NCBI GenBank assembly: GCA_964016885.1
Contig: CAXHJY010000096.1
Span: forward strand, 558,001-622,000
Length of the DNA: 64,000 nucleotides
Direction: 5' to 3'
Source of the DNA: Eledone cirrhosa
Taxonomy: Eukaryota
Under the pieces are notes generated by a model. It worked only from the letters and a program-made list of their open reading frames with translations, had not been told where the DNA came from and ran no database searches. Numbering within the stretch: position 1 is the first letter of the stretch; each line of letters begins with the position of its first letter. The position numbers were made by a program, and so were the translations under genes. Below, one piece after another: positions 11,161-23,300 of the stretch.

Positions 11161-14100
11161 TTTGTAAAAAAAATCAGGGGGAGATAATTTGTAAAAAAAA
11201 TCAGGGGTAGATAATTTGTAAAAAAAAATCAGGGGGAGATAATTTGTAAAAAAAAATCAGGGGGAGATAATTTGTAAAAAAAATCAAGGGGAGATAATTT
11301 GCAGCCGTCCAAGGGGAGATAATTTTCAGCCGTCCAAGGAGAGATAATTTCTAGCCGTCCAAGGGGAGATAATTTCCAGCCGTCCAAGGGGAGATAATTT
11401 CCAGCCGTCCAAGGGGAGATAATTTTTTTTTAAAAATCAAGCGGAGATAATTTGTAAAAAAAAAATCAGGGGGAGATAATTTGTAAAAAAAAATCAGGGG
11501 GAGATAATTTGTAAAAAAAAATCAGGGGGAGATAATTTGTAAAAAAAAATCAAGGGGAGATAATTTCCAGCCGTCCAAGGGAAGATAATTTCCAGCCGTC
11601 CAAGGGAAGATAATTTCCAGCCCTTCAAGGGGCTATAATTTCCAGCGTCCAAGGGGAGATAATTTCCAGCCAGCGAAGGGGAGATAATTTTTTTTTTAAA
11701 AATCAGGGGGAGATAATTTGTAAAAAAAATCAGGGGGAGATAATTTGTAAAAAAAAATCAGGGGGAGATAATTTGTAAAAAAAAATCAGGGGGAGATAAT
11801 TTGTAAAAAAAATCAAGGGGAGATAATTTCAAGCCGTGCAAGGGGAGATAATTTCCAGCCGTCCAAGGGGAGATAATTTACATCCTTCCAAGGGGAGATA
11901 ATTTCCCGCCAGCCAAGGGAAGATAATTTTTAAAAAAATCAGGGGGAGATAATTTGTAAAAAAAAAATCAGGGGGAGATAATTTGTAAAAAAAAATCAAG
12001 GGGAGATAATTTGTAAAAAAAATCAGGGGGAGATAATTTGTAAAAAAAAAATCAGGGGGAGATAATTTGTAAAAAAAAATCAAGGGGAGATAATTTGTAA
12101 AAAAAATCAGGGGGAGATAATTTGTAAAAAAAATCAGGGGGAGATAATTTGTAAAAAAATCAGGGGGAGATAATTTGTAAAAAAAAAATCAGGGGGAGAT
12201 AATTTGTAAAAAAAATCAAGGGGAGATAATTTGTAAAAAAAAATCAGGGGGAGATAATTTGTAAAAAAAAATCAGGGGGAGATAATTTGTAAAAAAAATC
12301 AAGGGGAGATAATTTGCAGCCGTCCAAGGGGAGATAATTTTCAGCCGTCCAAGGAGAGATAATTTCTAGCCGTCCAAGGGGAGATAATTTCCAGCCGTCC
12401 AAGGGGAGATAATTTCCAGCCGTCCAAGGGGAGATAATTTTTTTTAAAAAATCAAGCGGAGATAATTTGTAAAAAAAAAATCAGGGGGAGATAATTTGTA
12501 AAAAAAAATCAGGGGGAGATAATTTGTAAAAAAAAATCAGGGGGAGATAATTTGTAAAAAAAATCAAGGGGAGATAATTTCCAGCCGTCCAAGGGAAGAT
12601 AATTTCCAGCCGTCCAAGGGAAGATAATTTCCAGCCCTCCAAGGGGCTATAATTTCCAGCGTCCAAGGGGAGATAATTTCCAGCTAGCGAAGGGGAGATA
12701 ATTTTTTTTTTTTAAATCAGGGGGAGATAATTTGTAAAAAAAATCAGGGGGAGATAATTTGTAAAAAAAAATCAGGGGGAGATAATTTGTAAAAAAAAAT
12801 CAGGGGGAGATAATTTGTAAAAAAAATCAAAGGGAGATAATTTCCAGCCGTGCAAGGGGAGATAATTTCCAGCCGTCCAAGGGGAGATAATTTACATCCT
12901 TCCAAGGGGAGATAATTTCCAGCCGTCCAAGGGGAGATAATTTCCCGCCAGCCAAGGGAAGATAATTTTTAAAAAAATCAGGGGGAGATAATTTGTAAAA
13001 AATAAAAAAATCAAGGGGAGATAATTTGTAAAAAAAATCAGGGGGAGATAATTTGTAAAAAAAATCAGGGGGAGATAATTTGTAAAAAAATCAGGGGGAG
13101 ATAATTTGTAAAAAAAAATCAGGGGGAGATAATTTGTAAAAAAAAATCAAGGGGAGATAATTTGTAAAAAAAAATCAGGGGGAGATAATTTGTAAAAAAA
13201 ATCAGGGGGAGATAATTTGTAAAAAAATCAGGGGGAGATAATTTGTAAAAAAAAATCAGGGGGAGATAATTTGTAAAAAAAAATCAGGGGGAGATAATTT
13301 GTAAAAAAAATCAGGGGGAGATAATTTGTAAAAAAAATCAGGGGGAGATAATTTGTAAAAAAAATCAAGGGGAGATAATTTGCAGCCGTCCAAGGGGAGA
13401 TAATTTTCAGCCGTCCAAGGAGAGGTAATTTCTAGCCGTCCAAGGGGAGATAATTTCCAGCCGTCCAAGGGGAGATAATTTCCAGCCGTCCAAGGGGAGA
13501 TAATTTTTTTTTAAAAATCAGGCGGAGATAATTTGTAAAAAAAAAAATCAGGGGGAGATAATTTGTAAAAAAAAATCAGGGGGAGATAATTTGTAAAAAA
13601 AAATCAGGGGGAGATAATTTGTAAAAAAAATCAAGGGGAGATAATTTCCAGCCGTCCAAGGGAAGATAATTTCCAGCCCTCCAAGGGGCTATAATTTCCA
13701 GCGTCCAAGGGGAGATAATTTCCAGCCAGCGAAGGGGAGATAATTTTTTTTTTAAAAATCATGCGGGGATAATTTGTAAAAAAAATCAGGGGGAGATAAT
13801 TTGTAAAAAAAATCAAGGGGAGATAATTTCCAGCCGTCCAAAGAGAGATAATTTCTAGCCGTCCAAGGGGAGATAATTTCCAGCCGTCCAAGGGGAGATA
13901 ATTTCCCGCCAGCCAAGGGAAGATAATTTTTTAAAAAATCAGGCGGAGATTGTAAAAAAAATCAGGGGGAGATAATTTGTAAAAAAATCAGGGGGAGATA
14001 ATTTGTAAAAAAAAAATCAGGGGGAGATAATTTGTAAAAAAAAATCAGAGGGAGGTAATTTGTAAAAAAAAATCAGGGGGAGATAATTTGTAAAAAAAAT

Positions 14101-17100
14101 CAGGGGTAGATAATTTGTAAAAAAAATCAGGGGGAGATAATTTGTAAAAAAAAATCAGGGGGAGATAATTTGTAAAAAAAATCAAGGGGAGATAATTTCC
14201 AGCCGTCCAAGGGAAGATAATTTCCAGCCGTCCAAGGGAAGATAATTTCCAGCCCTCCAAGGGGCTATAATTTCCAGCGTCCAAGGGGAGATAATTTCCA
14301 GCCAGCGAAGGGGAGATAATTTTTTTTTTAAAAATCAGGGGTAGATAATTTGTAAAAAAAATCAGGGGGAGATAATTTGTAAAAAAAAATCAGGGGGAGA
14401 TAATTTGTAAAAAAAATCAAGGGGAGATAATTTCCAGCCGTGCAAGGGGAGATAATTTCCAGCCGTCCAAGGGGAGATAATTTACATCCTTCCAAGGGGA
14501 GATAATTTCCAGCCGTCCAAGGGGAGATAATTTCCCGCCAGCCAAGGGAAGATAATTTTTAAAAAAATCAGGGGGAGATAATTTGTAAAAAAAATCAGGG
14601 GGAGATAATTTGTAAAAAAAATCAGGGGGAGATAATTTGTAAAAAAAATCAGGGGGAGATAATTTGTAAAAAAAAATCAGGGGGAGATAATTTGTAAAAA
14701 AAATCAGGGGGAGATAATTTGTAAAAAAAATCAGGGGGAGATAATTTGTAAAAAAAATCAAGGGGAGATAATTTGCAGCCGTCCAAGGGGAGATAATTTT
14801 CAGCCGTCCAAGGAGAGGTAATTTCTAGCCGTCCAAGGCGAGATAATTTCCAGCCGTCCAAGGGGAGATAATTTCCAGCCGTCCAAGGGGAGATAATTTT
14901 TTTAAAAAAATCAGGCGGAGATAATTTGTAAAAAAAAAATCAGGGGGAGATAATTTGTAAAAAAAAATCAGTGGGAGATAATTTGTAAAAAAAAATCAGG
15001 GGGAGATAATTTGTAAAAAAAATCAAGGGGAGATAATTTCCAGCCGTCCAAGGGAAGATAATTTCCAGCCCTCCAAGGGGCTATAATTTCCAGCGTCCAA
15101 GGGGAGATAATTTCCAGCCAGCGAAGGGGAGATAATTTTTTTTAAAAAAATCATGGGGGGATAATTTGTAAAAAAAAATCAGGGGGAGATAATTTGTAAA
15201 AAAAAATCAGGGGAGATAATTTGTAAAAAAAATCAGGGGGAGATAATTTGTAAAAAAAAATCAGGGGAAGATAATTTGTAAAAAAAATCAAGCGGAGATA
15301 ATTTGCAGCCGTCCAAGGGGAGATAATTTCCCGCCAGCCAAGGAGAGATAATATTTAAAAAAATCAGGCGGAGATAATTTGTAAAAAAAATCAGGGGGAG
15401 ATAATTTGTAAAAAAAATCAGGGGGAGATAATTTCCAGCCGTCCAAGGGGAGATAATTTTCAGCCGTCCAAGGAGAGGTAATTTCTAGCCGTCCAAGGGG
15501 AGATAATTTCCAGCCGTCCAAGGGAAGATAATTTCCAGCCCTCCAAGGGGCTATAATTTCCAGCGTCCAAGGGGAGATAATTTCCAGCCAGCGAAGGGGA
15601 GATAATTTTTTTTTTAAAAATCAGGGGGAGATAATTTGTAAAAAAAATCAGGGGGAGATAATTTGTAAAAAAAAATCAGGGGGAGATAATTTGTAAAAAA
15701 AAATCAGGGGGAGATAATTTGTAAAAAAAATCAAGGGGAGATAATTTCCAGCCGTGCAAGGGGAGATAATTTCCAGCCGTCCAAGGGGAGATAATTTACA
15801 TCCTTCCAAGGGGAGATAATTTCCAGCCGTCCAAGGGGAGATAATTTCCCGCCAGCCAAGGGAAGATAATTTTTAAAAAAATCAGGGGGAGTTAATTTGT
15901 AAAAAAAAAATCAGGGGGAGATAATTTGTAAAAAAAAATCAAGGGGAGATAATTTGTAAAAAAAATCAGGGGGAGATAATTTGTAAAAAAAATCAGGGGG
16001 AGATAATTTGTAAAAAAATCAGGGGGAGATAATTTGTAAAAAAAAATCAGGGGGAGATAATTTGTAAAAAAAAATCAAGGGGAGATAATTTGTAAAAAAA
16101 AATCAGGGGGAGATAATTTGTAAAAAAAAATCAGGGGGAGATAATTTGTAAAAAAAATCAAGGGGAGATAATTTGCAGCCGTCGAAGGGGAGATAATTTT
16201 CAGCCGTCCAAGGAGAGATAATTTCTAGCCGTCCAAGGGGAGATAATTTCCAGCCGTCCAAGGGGAGATAATTTCCAGCCGTCCAAGGGGAGATAATTTT
16301 TTTTAAAAAATCAAGCGGAGATAATTTGTAAAAAAAAAATCAGGGGGAGATAATTTGTAAAAAAAAATCAGGGGGAGATAATTTGTAAAAAAAAATCAGG
16401 GGGAGATAATTTGTAAAAAAAATCAAGGGGAGATAATTTCCAGCCGTCCAAGGGAAGATAATTTCCAGCCGTCCAAGGGAAGATAATTTCCAGCCCTCCA
16501 AGGGGCTATAATTTCCAGCGTCCAAGGGGAGATAATTTCCAGCCAGCGAAGGGGAGATAATTTTTTTTTATAAAATCAGGGGGAGATAATTTGTAAAAAA
16601 AATCAGGGGGAGATAATTTGTAAAAAAAAATCAGGGGGAGATAATTTGTAAAAAAAAATCAGGGGGAGATAATTTGTAAAAAAAATCAAGGGGAGATTAT
16701 TTCCAGCCGTGCAAGGGGAGATAATTTCCAGCCGTCCAAGGGGAGATAATTTACATCCTTCCAAGGGGAGATAATTTCCAGCCGTCCAAGGGGAGATAAT
16801 TTCCCGCCAGCCAAGGGAAGATAATTTTTAAAAAAATCAGGGGGAGATAATTTGTAAAAAAAAAATCAGGGGGAGATAATTTGTAAAAAAAAATCAAGGG
16901 GAGATAATTTGTAAAAAAAAATCAGGGGGAGATAATTTGTAAAAAAAATCAGGGGGAGATAATTTGTAAAAAAAATCAGGGGGAGATAATTTGTAAAAAA
17001 AAAATCAGGGGGAGATAATTTGTAAAAAAAAATCAGGGGGAGATAATTTGTAAAAAAAATCAGGGGGAGATAATTTGTAAAAAAAATCAGGGGGAGATAA

Positions 17101-20100
17101 TTTGTAAAAAAAAATCAGGGGGAGATAATTTGTAAAAAAAATCAAGGGGAGATAATTTGCAGCCGTCCAAGGGGAGATAATTTTCAGCCGTCCAAGGAGA
17201 GATAATTTCTAGCCGTCCAAGGGGAGATAATTTCCAGCCGTCCAAGGGGAGATAATTTCCAGCCGTCCAAGGGGAGATAATTTTTTTTAAAAAATCAAGC
17301 GGAGATAATTTGTAAAAAAAAAATCAGGGGGAGATAATTTGTAAAAAAAATCAAGGGGAGATAATTTCCAGCCGTCCAAGGGAAGATAATTTCCAGCCGT
17401 CCAAGGGAAGATAATTTCCAGCCCTCCAAGGGGCTATAATTTCCAGCGTCCAAGGGGAGATAATTTCCAGCCAGCGAAGGGGAGATAATTTTTTTTTTTT
17501 AAATCAGGGGGAGATAATTTGTAAAAAAAATCAGGGGGAGATAATTTGTAAAAAAAATCAGGGGGAGATAATTTGTAAAAAAAATCAGGGGTAGATAATT
17601 TGTAAAAAAAATCAAGGGGAGATAATTTCCAGCCGTGCAAGGGGAGATAATTTCCAGCCGTCCAAGGGGAGATAATTTACATCCTTCCAAGGGGAGATAA
17701 TTTCCAGCCGTCCAAGGGGAGATAATTTCCCGCCAGCCAAGGGAAGAAAATTTTTAAAAAAATCAGGGGGAGATAATTTGTAAAAAAAAAATCAGGGGGA
17801 GATAATTTGTAAAAAAAAATCAAGGGGAGATAATTTGTAAAAAAAATCAGGGGGAGATAATTTGTAAAAAAAATCAGGGGGAGATAATTTGTAAAAAAAT
17901 CAGGGGGAGATAATTTGTAAAAAAAAAATCAGGGGGAGATAATTTGTAAAAAAAATCAAGGGGAGATAATTTGTAAAAAAAAATCAGGGGGAGATAATTT
18001 GTAAAAAAAATCAGGGGGAGATAATTTGTAAAAAAATCAGGGGGAGATAATTTGTAAAAAAAAATCAGGGGGAGATAATTTGTAAAAAAAAATCAGGGGG
18101 AGATAATTTGTAAAAAAAATCAGGGGGAGATAATTTGTAAAAAAAATCAGGGGGAGATAATTTGTAAAAAAAATCAAGGGGAGATAATTTGCAGCCGTCC
18201 AAGGGGAGATAATTTTCAGCCGTCCAAGGAGAGGTAATTTCTAGCCGTCCAAGGGGAGATAATTTCCAGCCGTCCAAGGGGAGATAATTTCCAGCCGTCC
18301 AAGGGGAGATAATTTTTTTTTAAAAATCAGGCGGAGATAATTTGTAAAAAAAAAAATCAGGGGGAGATAATTTGTAAAAAAAAATCAGGGGGAGATAATT
18401 TGTAAAAAAAATCAAGGGGAGATAATTTCCAGCCGTCCAAGGGAAGATAATTTCCAGCCCTCCAAGGGGCTATAATTTCCAGCGTCCAAGGGGAGATAAT
18501 TTCCAGCCAGCGAAGGGGAGATAATTTTTTTTTAAAAAATCATGCGGGGATAATTTGTAAAAAAAATCAGGGGGAGATAATTTGTAAAAAAAATCAAGGG
18601 GAGATAATTTCCAGCCGTCCAAAGAGAGATAATTTCTAGCCGTCCAAGGGGAGATAATTTCCAGCCGTCCAAGGGGAGATAATTTCCCGCCAGCCAAGGG
18701 AAGATAATTTTTTAAAAAATCAGGCGGAGATTGTAAAAAAAATCAGGGGGAGATAATTTGTAAAAAAATCAGGGGGAGATAATTTGTAAAAAAAAAATCA
18801 GGGGGAGATAATTTGTAAAAAAAAATCAGAGGGAGATAATTTGTAAAAAAAAATCAGGGGGAGATAATTTGTAAAAAAAATCAGGGGTAGATAATTTGTA
18901 AAAAAAATCAGGGGGAGATAATTTGTAAAAAAAAATCAGGGGGAGATAATTTGTAAAAAAAATCAAGGGGAGATAATTTCCAGCCGTCCAAGGGAAGATA
19001 ATTTCCAGCCGTCCAAGGGAAGATAATTTCCAGCCCTCCAAGGGGCTATAATTTCCAGCGTCCAAGGGGAGATAATTTCCAGCCAGCGAAGGGGAGATAA
19101 TTTTTTTTTTAAAAATCAGGGGGAGATAATTTGTAAAAAAAATCAGGGGGAGATAATTTGTAAAAAAAAATCAGGGGGAGATAATTTGTAAAAAAAAATC
19201 AGGGGGAGATAATTTGTAAAAAAAATTAAGGGGAGATAATTTTCAGCCGTCCAAGGGAAGATAATTTCCAGCCCTCCAAGGGGCTATAATTTCCAGCGTC
19301 CAAGGGGAGATAATTTCCAGCCAGCGAAGGGGAGATAATTTTTTTTTTTTAAATCATGCGGGGATAATTTGTAAAAAAAATCAGGGGGAGATAATTTGTA
19401 AAAAAAATCAAGGGGAGATAATTTCCAGCCGTCCAAAGAGAGATAATTTCTAGCCGTCCAAGGGGAGATAATTTCCAGCCGTCCAAGGGGAGATAATTTC
19501 CCGCCAGCCAAAGGAAGATAATTTTTTAAAAAATCAGGCGGAGATTGTAAAAAAAATCAGGGGGAGATAATTTGTAAAAAAAATCAGGGGGAGATAATTT
19601 GTAAAAAAAATCAGGGGGAGATAATTTGTAAAAAAAATCAGGGGGAGATAATTTGTAAAAAAAATCAGGGGGAGATAATTTGTAAAAAAAATCAGGGGGA
19701 GATAATTTGTAAAAAAAATCAAGGGGAGATAATTTGCAGCCGTCCAAGGGGAGATAATTTTCAGCCGTCCAAGGAGAGGTAATTTCTAGCCGTCCAAGGC
19801 GAGATAATTTCCAGCCGTCCAAGGGGAGATAATTTCCAGCCGTCCAAGGGGAGATAATTTTTTTAAAAAAATCAGGCGGAGATAATTTGTAAAAAAAAAA
19901 TCAGGGGGAGATAATTTGTAAAAAAAAATCAGTGGGAGATAATTTGTAAAAAAAAATCAGGGGGAGATAATTTGTAAAAAAAATCAAGGGGAGATAATTT
20001 CCAGCCGTCCAAGGGAAGATAATTTCCAGCCCTCCAAGGGGCTATAATTTCCAGCGTCCAAGGGGAGATAATTTCCAGCCAGCGAAGGGGAGATAATTTT

Positions 20101-20309
20101 TTTTTAAAAAATCATGGGGGGATAATTTGTAAAAAAAAATCAGGGGGAGATAATTTGTAAAAAAAAATCAGGGGAGATAATTTGTAAAAAAAATCAGGGG
20201 GAGATAATTTGTAAAAAAAAATCAGGGGAAGATAATTTGTAAAAAAAATCAAGCGGAGATAATTTGCAGCCGTCCAAGGGGAGATAATTTCCCGCCAGCC
20301 AAGGAGAGA

Positions 20310-23300
20310 TAATATTTAAAAAAATCAGGCGGAGATAATTTGTAAAAAAAATCAGGGGGAGATAATTTCCAGCCGTCCAAGGGGAGATAATTTTCAGCCG
20401 TCCAAGGAGAGGTAATTTCTAGCCGTCCAAGGGGAGATAATTTCCAGCCGTCCAAGGGAAGATAATTTCCAGCCCTCCAAGGGGCTATAATTTCCAGCGT
20501 CCAAGGGGAGATAATTTCCAGCCAGCGAAGGGGAGATAATTTTTTTTTTTAAAATCAGGGGGAGATAATTTGTAAAAAAAATCAGGGGGAGATAATTTGT
20601 AAAAAAAAATCAGGGGGAGATAATTTGTAAAAAAAAATCAGGGGGAGATAATTTGTAAAAAAAATCAAGGGGAGATAATTTCCAGCCGTGCAAGGGGAGA
20701 TAATTTCCAGCCGTCCAAGGGGAGATAATTTACATCCTTCCAAGGGGAGATAATTTCCAGCCGTCCAAGGGGAGATAATTTCCCGCCAGCCAAGGGAAGA
20801 TAATTTTTAAAAAAATCAGGGGGAGATAATTTGTAAAAAAAAAATCAGGGGGAGATAATTTGTAAAAAAAAATCAAGGGGAGATAATTTGTAAAAAAAAT
20901 CAGGAGATAATTTGTAAAAAAAATCAGGGGGAGATAATTTGTAAAAAAATCAGGGGGAGATAATTTGTAAAAAAAAATCAGGGGGAGATAATTTGTAAAA
21001 AAAAATCAAGGGGAGATAATTTGTAAGAAAAAATCAGGGGGAGATAATTTGTAAAAAAAAATCAGGGGGAGATAATTTGTAAAAAAAATCAAGGGGAGAT
21101 AATTTGCAGCCGTCGAAGGGGAGATAATTTTCAGCCGTCCAAGGAGAGATAATTTCTAGCCGTCCAAGGGGAGATAATTTCCAGCCGTCCAAGGGGAGAT
21201 AATTTCCAGCCGTCCAAGGGGAGATAATTTTTTTTAAAAAATCAAGCGGAGATAATTTGTAAAAAAAAAATCAGGGGGAGATAATTTGTAAAAAAAAATC
21301 AGGGGGAGATAATTTGTAAAAAAAAATCAGGGGGAGATAATTTGTAAAAAAAATCAAGGGGAGATAATTTCCAGCCGTCCAAGGGAAGATAATTTCCAGC
21401 CGTCCAAGGGAAGATAATTTCCAGCCCTCCTAGGGGCTATAATTTCCAGCGTCCAAGGGGAGATAATTTCCAGCCAGCGAAGGGGAGATAATTTTTTTTT
21501 ATAAAATCAGGGGGAGATAATTTGTAAAAAAAAAATCAGGGGGAGATAATTTGTAAAAAAAAATCAAGGGGAGATAATTTGTAAAAAAAATCAGGGGGAG
21601 ATAATTTGTAAAAAAAATCAGGGGGAGATAATTTGTAAAAAAATCAGGGGGAGATAATTTGTAAAAAAAAAATCAGGGGGAGATAATTTGTAAAAAAAAA
21701 TCAAGGGGATATAATTTGTAAAAAAAAATCAGGGGGAGATAATTTGTAAAAAAAATCAGGGGGAGATAATTTGTAAAAAAAATCAGGGGGAGATAATTTG
21801 TAAAAAAAAAATCAGGGGGAGATAATTTGTAAAAAAAAATCAGGGGGAGATAATTTGTAAAAAAAATCAGGGGGAGATAATTTGTAAAAAAAATCAGGGG
21901 GAGATAATTTGTAAAAAAAAATCAGGGGGAGATAATTTGTAAAAAAAATCAAGGGGAGATAATTTGCAGCCGTCCAAGGGGAGATAATTTTCAGCCGTCC
22001 AAGGAGAGATAATTTCTAGCCGTCCAAGGGGAGATAATTTCCAGCCGTCCAAGGGGAGATAATTTCCAGCCGTCCAAGGGGAGATAATTTTTTTTAAAAA
22101 ATCAAGCGGAGATAATTTGTAAAAAAAAAATCAGGGGGAGATAATTTGTAAAAAAAATCAAGGGGAGATAATTTCCAGCCGTCCAAGGGAAGATAATTTC
22201 CAGCCGTCCAAGGGAAGATAATTTCCAGCCCTCCAAGGGGCTATAATTTCCAGCGTCCAAGGGGAGATAATTTCCAGCCAGCGAAGGGGAGATAATTTTT
22301 TTTTTTTAAATCAGGGGGAGATAATTTGTAAAAAAAATCAGGGGGAGATAATTTGTAAAAAAAAATCAGGGGGAGATAATTTGTAAAAAAAAATCAGGGG
22401 GAGATAATTTGTAAAAAAAATCAAGGGGAGATAATTTCCAGCCGTGCAAGGGGAGATAATTTCCAGCCGTCCAAGGGGAGATAATTTACATCCTTCCAAG
22501 GGGAGATAATTTCCAGCCGTCCAAGGGGAGATAATTTCCCGCCAGCCAAGGGAAGAAAATTTTTAAAAAAATCAGGGGGAGATAATTTGTAAAAAAAAAA
22601 TCAGGGGGAGATAATTTGTAAAAAAAAATCAAGGGGAGATAATTTGTAAAAAAAATCAGGGGGAGATAATTTGTAAAAAAAATCAGGGGGAGATAATTTG
22701 TAAAAAAATCAGGGGGAGATAATTTGTAAAAAAAAAATCAGGGGGAGATAATTTGTAAAAAAAAATCAAGGGGAGATAATTTGTAAAAAAAAATCAGGGG
22801 GAGATAATTTGTAAAAAAAATCAGGGGGAGATAATTTGTAAAAAAATCAGGGGGAGATAATTTGTAAAAAAAAATCAGGGGGAGATAATTTGTAAAAAAA
22901 AATCAGGGGGAGATAATTTGTAAAAAAAATCAGGGGGAGATAATTTGTAAAAAAAATCAGGGGGAGATAATTTGTAAAAAAAATCAAGGGGAGATAATTT
23001 GCAGCCGTCCAAGGGGAGATAATTTTCAGCCGTCCAAGGAGAGGTAATTTCTAGCCGTCCAAGGGGAGATAATTTCCAGCCGTCCAAGGGGAGATAATTT
23101 CGAGCCGTCCAAGGGGAGATAATTTTTTTTTAAAAATCAGGCGGAGATAATTTGTAAAAAAAAAAATCAGGGGGAGATAATTTGTAAAAAAAAATCAGGG
23201 GGAGATAATTTGTAAAAAAAAATCAGGGGGAGATAATTTGTAAAAAAAATCAAGGGGAGATAATTTCCAGCCGTCCAAGGGAAGATAATTTCCAGCCCTC

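Larger units (their letters stand above)
1..19580 (+). repeat. ~10.77 kb tandem higher-order duplication (1-~8,940 repeated at 10,775-~19,580)
   Basis: Marker TCACTGGGAT at 7 and 10,781 (offset 10,774). Identical ORFs 1055/11829, 1707/12481, 2483/13256 and 5567/16340 give offsets of 10,773-10,774. ORFs 6798/17434 and 8648/19284 give 10,636 after a 137 bp deletion. Confidence 0.93.
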
